Assembly (NCBI GenBank): GCA_012295275.1
Contig: CM022665.1
Span: 1,674,001-1,738,000, forward strand
DNA: 64,000 nt
Source of the DNA: Chrysomallon squamiferum
Lineage: Eukaryota; Animalia; Mollusca
Reading direction: 5' to 3'
The notes under the pieces were generated by a model. The model had not been told where the DNA came from, searched no databases, and worked only from the letters and a program-made list of their open reading frames with translations. Below are positions 52,035-64,000 of the stretch, piece by piece (positions within the stretch are counted from its first letter, which is position 1; every line of letters begins with the position of its first letter). Both the position numbers and the translations under genes were made by a program.

Positions 52035-55000
52035 AACAGGTGAAGGATTGGATAAGTTACATTTATATATACAGAAAAACTGTGGAATAATAAGTAACTT
52101 TGTTAAGTTTTCTTTATATAATCAAGTTTGTACATTTTTCTGTCAAATTATATCTAATTATTTCTAGTCAACTTTTCAAAAACATTTCCAGCCATCAAAA
52201 TATATATTATAAAATAGATTTCACTAATTTTATTTATTTATTTTTTTTTTTTTATAACCTCAGTAAAATTAGGAAGGAAGAGTTAATAAATAAAAATAAA
52301 AATAATAAATAAAAAATTAATTAAATAAATTTTATTGATTATAGTACAACTATATAAAAAATACAATAATAATTATAATAAATAATAAATTGACTATACC
52401 TGCATAAGTAATATTATTTAAAATATACTGAAAAATGTTTAGGAAAATTGTTTTATAAGGTTTAAATTTACATATTAATTTAGATTTATTGAATAAACTT
52501 TAACTTTACATAAAATGATAACTAGAAGTGGCATCATTTATCAATTTAAATTTTAAAACTAATAATTATTAAATCTAAAAACAGTAGTTTCTCTCCTTAA
52601 ATTATTGTTTTATTCATAAAAATGTTTTATAACTTAATGATATATATGTATATGTATATGTACATACACACATAAGTAACATGTTAAAAATAATTTATAT
52701 TTATTCTATGGTGGCTGGAAAAGAATGATATATTCTGAAATACCAGTACAAAACAAAAGAAATTAATAATTTTACACACAATGATAATATAAATATTGAA
52801 ACCTAAAAAATAAAAAAGAAATAAAAAGAAAATAAAGAAATAAAGAAAAAGAAAAGAAAAAAGAAGAAAAAAAAATTAAATAAATAAAAAGGAAAGGAAA
52901 GGAAGAATTTGTTTTGGTTTGTTTTTAATTAATTACAAATACATTTTAAAAATACAATAATACCAGAATAAATTTGTTCAACCAGTAGCAAAGGGAACAT
53001 TATTTTTTGTTTTAATAAGCATATTGCACCACTGAGGCTTATTGAATATTACTAATCTTTTTACAATATTATATTTTAATATTATAATTTATCCATTTAA
53101 TTTAGATATTTTTACTATTTATTTTTTAAAATATTAAATAATATACATTTTTGTAGCTAAATTTTTAATTTATTTCATTATTCATTAAATATATATTTTA
53201 CAAATTTGAAATAATAACTGAGCCTGTTTAAGAAATTATTGTTATTACTATGAAACAACAATTTAATGCTAGTTGCAGTTATTTGTTTGCATTGAAAATG
53301 TATCTTTACAAATGTAAATTCAAGACCCTCCTTTCCAGCTGTCTTCAACAGTAACTTCCATTACGAGTTCAAGGATTTAAACCATTTCTTTCATTATTTT
53401 TAGCGATGTTACATTTAGTGTCTTGAGATATCATTCCTTTAAGAAAATATATATAAATATATATATTTTACTTATTTTGTACATTTTTACTTTTTACAAA
53501 TGTTTTAATAAAATATTTAAATGAAATTCACTTTGTTTTCTTTCTGAGTCAGTGAAAGTAATTCAGTAATCCATAGAATTTGGATAAAGATTTCAAATAT
53601 GGAAGTCATCCTTTTCCTTAGTTTAGTTGTACCTGATGTGCTTAAAAAAACCCCAATATATTGTATGTGTGTTTGTTTTTTTCAGAGTATCAATATGATT
53701 TTAAAGTTTATTTGACAAACACATTATAAACATAAATGCCAAAAATAAAAAACTTTGAGAAAAAAGTTTATGTAGTTTCAGCAATAATGAATTAGCATTT
53801 ATCAGTGTTTTCCATATTAATTTAGTTAGTCTTTTAAAAGAGTGGCAGATTTTCCATTTGTTTCCCCTCATTGAATTAAATTTTATTTTTTTATGTTTGA
53901 ACGTTAATGTGTGTGGGTGTGGGTGTGTTACTTAAAAGAACTACAAGCATTTGATGAAAGCACTTGGTGAAAGTTTAGAGCCCACTCCAGAAAGGTGTTG
54001 CAGGTACTAATTTGGGGTAACTGTTTCACCTTTGGAGCCTAGTTGTTTGTCCAAAAATTGACAATGTGATAGCTCGTTACTAAATTTAGCACTGAGAACA
54101 TGATGTGTGATGTAGATGCACATACAATTCATACAAGAACTATTGAATGGTCCATGGACTTGCAAAAACAAAACAAAATGTAGACAAACACAACTGTTAT
54201 TTGTTAATGTATCAGTTCGCTCTGTTGCATTAAATCACAAAACTAGTATGAGATCAGTCTTGCAAATAAAACAAAGACAACAATCTTCTGGATGTTCTTG
54301 TATTGTGCAAACTTATACGAATTCACTCTACAACATATAATTGAACATTGCATTGCTAACAAAATGACAGAATTTATACATTATATACATGCTTCTTAGA
54401 TACACACTTTCACATTTATAAATGCATTATACCAGTCTAGTATACTGTTACATGTACAAGCCCATTTGGTTAGTGTATCAAAAAATCTAACAACATTTCA
54501 ATAAAATTTTGTCGCAATTTAATATTTCTGAACTCCATTTACTATTTCATTATTTTGTATCAAGCATAAATGACTGAATTACTTAAATACTGATCTCTGA
54601 ATACACATTCTTCAAAAACTATTAAATGAAATACACAGCAACACTTTTATTTTGATCTAACACTACTAATATAAAACCCATACAAAACATTAAATCTTTT
54701 TTTTATTACTGTCAAACTAAAATTGAAAAAATAAAAAACAGCTTTGTGAATGATTCCAGTGGAAAATCATGTAAATTAATCTTTCTCCTAGTCAAAAAAC
54801 TTACATTACTTTATTTTACTCTGTGTAAAAACAAAGGAGTAAGTAGTGTTTTTGCTGAAAATATATCTAAAATACAAAATCTGTTTAGGAAAAAATATTC
54901 TTCAAAAGGCAGTATCATAAGCATTATATAAACAGTAAATATATTAAAAGTATTGCTTTTGTATGTGACATTTAAAGCTTTTTTAACAAACAAAATAAAT

Positions 55001-55457
55001 GAAAGTAAAAAAGTTGAATGAAAATATTTTCCAAACAAAATAATTAATTTGTTTTGTAGAAGAGTTTAAAAATGCAAAAACAAAAAAGACAAAAAACTGT
55101 ACTATTTTACTTTTAACTACAAATGATAATTTATTGATACATTAAGACATGTACAATTTAGAAAACATTAAAAATGTTGATATATTGAACATTACAAACT
55201 TAGTTTCATACATAGTTTCTAAAAAATAAATGAAAAAATATAACTTCTCTAAAATTACTCCTAAATTTTATCAAATCATGATTTTAAAAAAAACTGCATA
55301 CTGAATGCAAAGCTTGTAAAGAAAATTTATTTTAGATATTTCATTATAAATTACAAAGATAAACCTATAATTTTATATACTGGCCAAATGTATCACAGAT
55401 ACATAACAAAAAGGTGGGTTTAAAGTGTTTGTTGGAAGATATAATCACTTAAAATTC

Positions 55458-55495
<38 letters not shown>

Positions 55496-56864
55496 AAAAC
55501 AACTATACTTTAAACATATATAAATAAATATCCAGTGTAAGTGTATTATATATGATTATCAAACATCTTAAATTAATGAAAAATATATTATCTAATGGTT
55601 TTGATTTTTTTTTATATTTCATAACAGAGAAACTATAAATCTCAACCACTAATTTGTTGCCGAATGTTTTCAATCCATTCCTTGTTGTTCATTTAGTACA
55701 GTGTCTTTGATAGTGCCAAGTTTGAGCAGTATTTAACAGTATATACAAAATATGGATATATATATTGTATTGGAATGTGCAACTTAAATGTGATTACAAA
55801 GATGTGAATATAGAAACCGTAACAAACGAAACCATTAATTTGGAGTATAAAAGGTAATTTTGAAAACCATAATTTAAAAGTGGATTACCAAACATTTAGT
55901 TATATTGCTTTGTTTTAGTGTTAGTTCAAATTTTATGAGAATCAATTAAACACATGGTGCTGTCTGGTTAACACAATTCTTTTGTTATTATTATTTTTTT
56001 AATCATTATGGTTATTTGATAGAATAAGTAGTTTTATTATAAATTCAATAGCTTTGTTGATTTGGGGTTTCTTGGTTTGGTTTCTTAAAACCCTTTCAAA
56101 AAATTAAAATAAACATTCTATCTAAAAATGTTAAATAATACAAATGGAATTCTATAATATCTTTCCACAAATAACAATGAAAACTAATTCTTCTTCTCCT
56201 TATGTGTTACATAGTAGAAAAGAATGTTTTTCTAAAACTACATAGAGTCACTTAGTGACAACAGAATAACGTTTCCATTATAAGTCTTTTCAGTTTTAAA
56301 GCTCTAATACACATTTTATATTAACGTTTAGTGGATATTTTTTCATCTTACTTTTGTCAGAAAATCTATGATAGTTTTTACATACAGCTTACCTTTTAAC
56401 ATTTTTCCATTTTACTCACAATGTTTATAACACTCGTATCCTTCATGCTACACAAGTAGACTTCTTTTCTGCTATAAAACATTGTTTTTTTGTTGTTAGT
56501 TATTTTCACCTGAGAAAGTAACATGAAATGTTTATATTAATAACTATATATTTTTAAAGAAATTTCAAAATGGTATCTAACATGTCCAAATACATTGGAC
56601 ATATTTCTTACAATGTGGAAGAACCTATTATATTAACTGGAAAGTGGTCATATCAGTGCTCAGTCAATCAAATTCCAATATATAATAACACAACTTTACT
56701 ATCATCAAACCAATATGTTCACAAACACAACATACTCATCTCCAGATAACATAAAGACATTGTGACTATGTCAAACTTTTCCTGGATTTTGGCAAATAAA
56801 TACATCTCATTACTATTACAGTTGAGTGGGGTTTTTTATTTTTTTTTTAGTAAATGTTTACAAG

Positions 56865-59800
56865 TTATTCATCTTTTTGTTCTTGACTCTGGATTGAACA
56901 ATCACTTGAAGAATTACTAATTGTCTGACCAGTATTATCCAGAAGAGGAGCATCTACAAAAAAGGAAAAGAATAGATACACATTAAACTAATAATGTTTA
57001 CAAAAATAAAGATATCAAACAGAATTTCATGTGATGTAATATGGTCAAAGGTTTTTATAAATCAAATGAACTTATCATACAACAGCCTGGAAAATCCCAC
57101 TAACTGTTCTTATTTACAGACAAATATCTACTCAGTGATTTAACAATAAATAATATTAAATAATGAAAAAAAATAATAAAAGGAAACGAATATTCTGTTA
57201 TTAGAGCAAATTTATCAAGCATATTACAGTATTTGTTAATTCTGAAATTTTGTTCCTCATAGATAACCCAAAACATTTTCCTAGAGACAGTTCAGCTATT
57301 CCCCCAGTATGAAACAAATATCAAAATACATCTTATGTACCATAAAAACAAACTAATAAAATTTTATAAACTAATAACATTAATGGATCTAGTGGTGACA
57401 TTTATTCTCTAAGGTATAAAGATAAACTGCACAGACAGACAAATGAATGTCATTAACAAAAGAAATGCTACTAACAGAAAATAAACATTAATTAGTTTGT
57501 TTTGTACCATCATTCGCCAGATTGTCATCAGAAGAAGTCAGACTGCCTGCCCGGGCCTGCTGGGAAGAGGCTGACCGTGTTGACGTGCCACTGTCGTATG
57601 TTTCCACGGTAACGGACGTTGATGCATCACTCATGCTCACATTCACCGTGTCGAGGGAACCAAAAATTTCTGATGTTCCATCTCTGTTCATCGTACTGGT
57701 CGTTACGGTTGAGTGTCTGTTTGTGTTTTCTCCTTGAGTGTGTGGAGTGTTTGTGCGTAATGCTGGAGGAATGCTAGGTAAGGGTCGATAGTCTACAGCT
57801 GGCTGGACTGGTTGCTGTGGATTACTTCCAGCAGTCTGGTTACACTGACCAGAAGTGGCCTCTTCGTATGTGGGTAAATGCATCCGTGTTTGATCAGCAT
57901 ACGCCATCAAGGCAAGTCGGTCGTGTTCGTCCAGTGAACTGCTGTGTACGCGGGCGTACGGAGGCGGAGTCATTCCGGGGTGGAACAGATGAGGTCGAGG
58001 CTTTCTCCTCCGGAAAACCACAATCACCATAATGAGCAGCAGGACTCCAAGAACACTGCAGGCTGTTGCTATGACAATCACAAGAGTGCTTACATGATTT
58101 TTTCCATCCGTGATATCACCAGTTGAGTAACTGTTGACTGAAACCCCATCAACGCCATTATCTGAAAAACAAAGAAAGTTAAATGTTTTTAATAAAGAAA
58201 AAGGTTTCTAATTGTAAGTTTTGTAGAATATTCAAAGAATATAAATGGACAGCTGGATTTTCCTGTCATATCAATTTATATTACTCCAAAGATATATCAA
58301 TTCGTATCACTCCAAAGATATTCTTTAAAACTGTATCCCAAAATATTGTGCAGTCTTTTAATAAATAAGTTTAGAATACCATTATGAAATAGCAAAATTG
58401 TTTAAATAACAACAGTAGTTTCTAAATAAGTCTAGCATATTGTGATTAATAATTCTGTTTTACCTTTTACACAGAATGGCTGGTCATTATCCCAAGTTCC
58501 AAGTTCCACATCGTTACTATGAGTACAAGTTAGAATGGGCTGTCCATCTAACTGATATCCTTCATTACATCGACAGTCAACTTTGACACCTCTATAAAAA
58601 GGCTGACACAGTCGAAGGTCATGGCTGGCTTCCTCGTGACATTTGCAGTAACCGTTTTCAATGTTACCAATAGTGGGGCAGTAAAACGTTCGTTCTGCGG
58701 AAACAAGAAGGAAAATTTTCAATCAGCCATTGTTAATTAAAGTTAAATACATGAAAATAAACAAATCAAATTTTATTCATAAATATTCATTAGAATTTCT
58801 CTGCCATTTTACCAAAATAAATTACTGAAACAAACACATTATAAAAATAATTATAAAGGGTTGTTTCATCAGATTCACAGAACTTTCAACTTTTTTCAAT
58901 TTCAGTTTATAATTTTTATTACTGGTTTCCCATCCCTTGTCAATCAAACTTATTTCAAAGACACAGCAAAGATTTATATTTTTTTCCCCACTAAATCATA
59001 AAAAAAAACAAATTCCACTATATCCAGTATATATATAAATATATATATTATACACTATTAGTTTTCGAAGAAATATATTAAAACACAAATATTTTTAAGT
59101 AATCACCTGAACTAAGGAGACAAATAGGAGGAATACTTGACCATTCTCGTGTGTTCATGCATTCAAGAACCTTTGAACCCACAAGACGATGCCCACTATT
59201 GCAGTAGTAACGAATTCTATCACCGACTTTGTATTCACCAAACACATGATGTGAAGACTCAAATAAGTCCCAGTATCCAAACGGAATTGACTTGGGCATT
59301 GGACACAGCTGGTTGCGAACTGAAACACAGAAAAAAAAAATCATTAAGGAACAGAATTACCTGGTTGGCTGAATCAATCCTCCTAAGTGCATACTAATCC
59401 ATAACTTATGCACTAACAGCAGCAATCATCACATGAAATTTCTGAACTGTCTTGAAATAACCTCACTAGAATTTGAATTAATTCATTTTGATTTTATTAG
59501 GAGTCACTTTAATTTGTAACCAATGAAATGAACTATTTTACGTTTGTTTTTTAAATATTTACCACAAATAGGAACTGGGCCAACCCACTCTCCATCCTGA
59601 CAGATAAGATCAGTTGCATTCTCATCCACAATTTTGTATCCGATAAGGCATTTGTATTTAACACGAGATCCTTCTCCCATTAAAGGTGGATATGGACTGT
59701 AACTGTAGTGTGCATTTGGAACAGTTGGTGGAATAGGACATCGTTTTACTGGAAACAAAAATTTTAATTTTCACCATTCTGACATATTAACTTAAATATA

Positions 59801-61914
59801 TGTATTTTTTTTTTTTTTAATGTTGAATTAAGAATTAGTAAGGTAGCAAGTTATTACTGAACAAACTTAAAAACAGAATAAAAAAGAATTGGAATAATGT
59901 TAATATCAGAATTCAGAATATATTTTTTAAAACATGAAATAAAAAAGTAAAAAGATTTAATAAAAATTTAAGCATGGTTATTCTGATTTAGACATTGAGA
60001 TATAATTGAGTAAAATCTTATTTTTAACAATTTTTAAAAGTTTAAATATGTTACTTCTAAATGCCAGTAATCTAAGATCTTCAAAGAAATGTCAAATATT
60101 ATAAAGCCATTTAAAAAACGTGAGTAAATAAATAAATTAATTAATAATTATGATTTTATGTAAAACAAAAAGTAAATATTTAAACTTAACTGTATGAACA
60201 AAACCTAAATTTTTTTGTAATTGATGCATTTTTTGTTTGTAATAAAATACTAAACCAGTTTGTGTCTGTGAAATTCAAGAAACAGACTATGTTTTATTTA
60301 TGAAACAGCCACAGCAATGATGAAATAATAATAAAATTCACCACTTAAATAATATTTTAATTCAATCTTTGGTGAAAATTATCAGCTGCAATGCATAAGT
60401 GAATCAATCAGAGACTATCACTGACTACATACTAACAAGAAAAGGTTATGCTGCTTTTACAGATACCTGCCAATTACGTTATCTGTTTTGTACTAAAAGA
60501 TGACCATATGTATAACACTGATCAATACTTACAAGCACATTGAGCCAGTGTTTTTTCATTCAGCATTGTCCACATTCCAGACTGGCTGCAAATGATCTTG
60601 TAACTCTCTTTGTAGTTACTATCAGAAGTTGTGTACTCAGGTTTGCAGATAACTGTTGCAGTATCACCAACTTGTTTTGGCCAAGAATTACTGTTGTAAC
60701 GCAGATCAGCATTCAGTATATGAGGAGGACTAGCACATTCTGTGAGAAAATGATTCAGTTATTTATTAAAACAAACATTTCTTCATACAAAAAGAAAACT
60801 TAAAATAATAATTTTTAAAAATCTGTAAATAAGATCAAAAATACGTTTTAAAAAATTTAATTCATAAGAATAAATAGAAATGAAAGTGATTTGTGTCTAA
60901 CATTTTAGAGTAATTATTTAGCTAAGAATGATGAAGAAAAGTGTTTACTACTGATTAATGTTACTGGACATTATAAGTTATGTGTGTACATTTTCATATA
61001 CAAACCTTGCATTGGTATACAAAATGGCCTCTCAGGTGGTTGCCAGGTTCCATTATCTCCACAAATCTGTCTTGATGGCCCAATAAGTTTGTATCCAGCA
61101 TGACATTCATAGTCAATCATCTGTCTGTTAGCTGTTAGTTGAAAACCTCTGATTGATCCATGTTCAAATAAGGGGTTTTGTTCTGGGCATTTTACATCTG
61201 AAACAGAATCTGAAAATTATTAGATTTGCATCCATTCACATTAAAACACTAAATGCAATACAATATATATAACAAATTCTTTCTATGATTTAAATTTTTT
61301 TTTTTTTTTTTAAATTACATGTAATAAGAGCTTAAAAAAATACAAAAGAATAAAAATAAATAAATTATTTATTCATATATTCCCTAAAATGTTTAGGAAT
61401 AATCCTCTTTTTTTTTTACCTATTTGAACACATTTAGGTCTATCTGGTGGATACCACTTTCCATCATCACCACATATTTGTTTTGTAGTTCCAACCAGCT
61501 TGTATCCTACATCACATTCATAATCAACTTTCTGCCGCTCGTAATTGTATTCATTCTGAATACCATGTTCAATCGGAGCTTTTGGTGCTGGACACTTTAC
61601 ATCTGCAAACAAATCATTTTTACTGATGACTATTAAAAAAAAATGAAAATGATAATATATATTAACTGAATAATAATAATAATAAACTTATATAAAGCTG
61701 ACAAAATTAAAAAATAAACATACTTAACATTTAACTCTTTTAAATGAATAATTGTTTATAAAATATAAGTGCTTTCATAAAGTTTTACTAAAAGGTATGT
61801 GATATGAATAGATTATTACAACCAACTATAAACTATACATATCTTACCTGACCCTTTCAGTGTGTTACATGAACATAACAGCATCAAGAGTAATCCTCCA
61901 TAAAGCCCATGCAT
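56865..61914 (-). CDS. Sushi (CCP) domain type I membrane protein, SUSD4/SUSD6-like (673 aa, six CCP modules)
   Basis: Exons 61914-61848 (signal peptide MHGLYGGLLLMLLCSCNTLKGS); six phase 1-1 CCP exons 61602-61420, 61197-61006, 60739-60533, 59748-59563, 59319-59107, 58694-58464 (C..C.GY.L.G...C...G.W....P.C); TM and tail exon 58161-57508 (VIVIATACSVLGVLLLIMVIVVF-RRRK, PPPY, LPTYEEA); last exon 56953-56865 (DDAPLL...*). Total 2022 nt in frame. Confidence 0.9.
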
Positions 61915-62878
61915 TTTTACCAACTAATCAGTGTGGACTACATAAACTGTAATAATTAAAACGAATTTTAAAATTAAAATATAATAAAGTTGTTTAATCA
62001 CACACACACAACACCGTAACAAGCTGTAATTCATTTATAACTATCAGCAATTTAGAAAATTATACATGATAATCTTAAAATAGTTATAAGATGATCTTAC
62101 CCTGTGTGATGATATGTGTTCTTTTGAAAATAAAAAAATACCTTAGCTAATAGTCAATAGGTAACTACATGCTGTTTTGGTTCATGCAATTATTAATGTC
62201 CAAACTATCAAGTTCTTCTATGCAGATACATTAAAATTTAAAGCAAATTAATTGTGCTGTTATCCATAAAAACAACAACACTGTATTATAAGTAGGCAGG
62301 TACATTTTAATTTGGTTCCTATAACTGACAATGTGCCAGCAAATTATTAAATTTTAAAATCTAACATACTTTGAAATGAAATGAAATGACTACATCAGTC
62401 TCTTTCAACATCAGTATGAAAAGGTTTATTGTTAATACTATTATTATAATACTGTCAAAATAACATTAATTCATCCACATTCACAATTAGTATTACTTAA
62501 TTAGTTTTTGTTGTTGTTCGTTTGTTGTTAGTTTGTTTGGGTTTTTTGTTTATATATATTACATACACTTATTGTGACTTAATCAAGTTAATGAATTATT
62601 ATTATACAATAAAATATAAATTACATCTTATTTGTACTTTTATACAGAGTAATGTGTTTGCGTATGTGTGTGATAGGCATTAAATATTAATAAAAAGGAT
62701 TAAAAACAGCAGTAATTATAAATATATAAATTGCTGTTAATGATGACAGTAGAAAAATAAACTTCAAGACAAGATAATTATGAGATAAATCACGATGACC
62801 GACTCAATGAAAATGATGAAAAAAAGTATGGCTCTGAAACGTTATATTAACAATTTCTCTTATAAATGTTCTTCTTAC

Positions 62879-62990
62879 CTTAAGGTACAAGTCGGAATTT
62901 AAATAAACTAAAGAAAATTTGAATTAAAGATGGAAAGTTTAGTTACTTCATAACAATGTCAACAAAACAAATATTTAGAGGTAGCCATTT
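62879..62990 (-). other. Probable non-coding first exon of the sushi gene
   Basis: Minus-strand donor AAG|gtaaga at 62879/62878. The ATG-bearing exon has an acceptor at 61946 before its ATG, so an upstream exon is needed. The 5' boundary is approximate. Confidence 0.55.
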
Positions 62991-63040
62991 TCTAATTTGA
63001 CGTCATTACGGCACTGCGCATGAGTGGAAGCGCCGAGAAC
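62977..63040. promoter_or_regulatory. Candidate bidirectional promoter
   Basis: YY1-like GCCATTTT near 62984, CRE TGACGTCA 62998-63005, NRF1-like TGCGCATG 63015-63022, local CpG cluster, located between divergent genes. Confidence 0.6.
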
Positions 63041-63496
63041 AATAATTATTGGAAATAATCTTAAAGTGTAAATAGAAAGTACGAATACTGCTATACATTT
63101 TTATTTGTTTATACATGAATGTCATTAGTTAACAGCAGAGTTGTAATAATGGCCTTTTATCAGCATATAACATACACTATGCGTAACTGTCAAAGGGAAT
63201 GTTTTTCTAGTGCACGTTCAGATTAACAAACAGTTAGTGAGTTACAAAGTAACAAAAATATGAAAGACATAAAAATCATTATTTCAGTATCTGTCCTGCT
63301 ATTATTGTGCATGACAGTGCAGAATTAATAAATTAATGTTTGATATTATTTTTATAAAGCAATTACGTAAAAAGAAGAAATGTATTAATTAGTTTAATGA
63401 CAGCATAAGGAGCCAATGTCAATTTTAAAATCTAAATCAAATTAATATTTTTAATCGGTTAATCATATGGGTTGAGGCTGGTGCTTGTTTTCAACA

Positions 63497-64000
63497 ATGA
63501 GATTTCGACGTTCATTAAAATCACATAAGTTTGGAAAAGTGATAGTTATTTTGGTATTACTAGTCATATTTCTTCAGATCATCCATATGATTATGATAGC
63601 ACGTTTTGAAGCAAAAGAACTACAAGGGAAGAAAACGGTGCCTTACCGACATGATCAAAGCCAGTCAGTCAATGGTTTAATTAGACAGATGGAAAGACGG
63701 ATAGAGAATTCTTACAGATTGGATAACAGTGGTACATACCATATGATTGAAAACATTGTGAAACCTACTCAAGACTGGTCTTCTGAAGACAACAAGTTAT
63801 CTATTATTACTCAGTGTTCTTCAAATCATCTTCACTATCTTGTTCCATTGACAAAACGATGGGATGGCCCTGTGTCAGTTTCAGTATTCACATTTGACAA
63901 AGACATCAGCAATGCTCTGAATAGTATAGCATACTATCACTTGTGTTTCAAACAGATACAACAGACAACATATTTTCATTTAGTTTACCCAATCAACAGA
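63497..64000 (+). CDS. B4GAT1: Beta-1,4-glucuronyltransferase 1-like (GT49) type II Golgi protein, 5' part
   Basis: Open frame running off the window (absent from the ORF track): MRFRRSLKSHKFGK, TM VIVILVLLVIFLQIIHMIMI, stem, then SIITQCSSNHLHYLVPLTKRWDGPVSVSVF and FHLVYP, typical of B4GAT1/GT49. In-frame stop upstream at 63473. It may be a paralogue rather than the strict orthologue. Confidence 0.85.
   Translation, partial: MRFRRSLKSHKFGKVIVILVLLVIFLQIIHMIMIARFEAKELQGKKTVPYRHDQSQSVNGLIRQMERRIENSYRLDNSGTYHMIENIVKPTQDWSSEDNKLSIITQCSSNHLHYLVPLTKRWDGPVSVSVFTFDKDISNALNSIAYYHLCFKQIQQTTYFHLVYPINR

Noticed and set aside
52035-56864. Short ORFs between the convergent genes
   Set aside because: Very AT-rich, no splice-supported exons or motifs; most likely 3' UTRs and intergenic DNA.
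58464-61914. Idea that the sushi exons are the N-terminal sushi domains of the GABA-B gene (as in GABAB1a), both being on the minus strand
   Set aside because: The sushi gene has its own TM, tail and stop; the receptor has its own signal peptide 50 kb away with two genes in between.
63260-63328. Hydrophobic mini-ORF MKDIKIIISVSVLLLLCMTVQN as the first coding exon of the glycosyltransferase
   Set aside because: No convincing donor, and the ORF from 63497 already contains its own cytoplasmic tail and signal anchor.

Overview
AT-rich, microsatellite-laden, intron-containing animal genomic DNA; an invertebrate, probably a mollusc (inference from gene style and repeats, not verified). Most short ORFs in the supplied track are intronic or simple-repeat artefacts, so I rebuilt genes by reading splice sites and exon phases. 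Five genes: (1) a minus-strand GABA-B-like class C GPCR (7031 to <1); (2) a plus-strand gene (3 coding exons plus a candidate 5' non-coding exon) for a secreted, extremely Asp/Glu-rich 288-aa protein (13799-15612), a biomineral-matrix candidate; (3) a ~41-coding-exon, ~2,240-aa plus-strand protein I do not recognise (23107-52034) with coiled coils, an 8-aa repeat exon and duplicated phase-0 exons; (4) a minus-strand six-sushi type I membrane protein resembling SUSD4/SUSD6 (61914-56865); (5) the 5' end of a B4GAT1-like GT49 glycosyltransferase (63497 to >64000), head-to-head with gene 4. Also present: two decayed exons of a second GABA-B-like receptor, an I-group LINE RNase H fragment, three retroposon-like tails, a 31-bp minisatellite and many microsatellites. 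I saw no CRISPR array, tRNA, rRNA or prokaryote-type system. The best novelty candidates are the acidic secreted protein, the giant exon-duplicated protein and the remodelled receptor ligand pocket. All family assignments and alignments are by eye.
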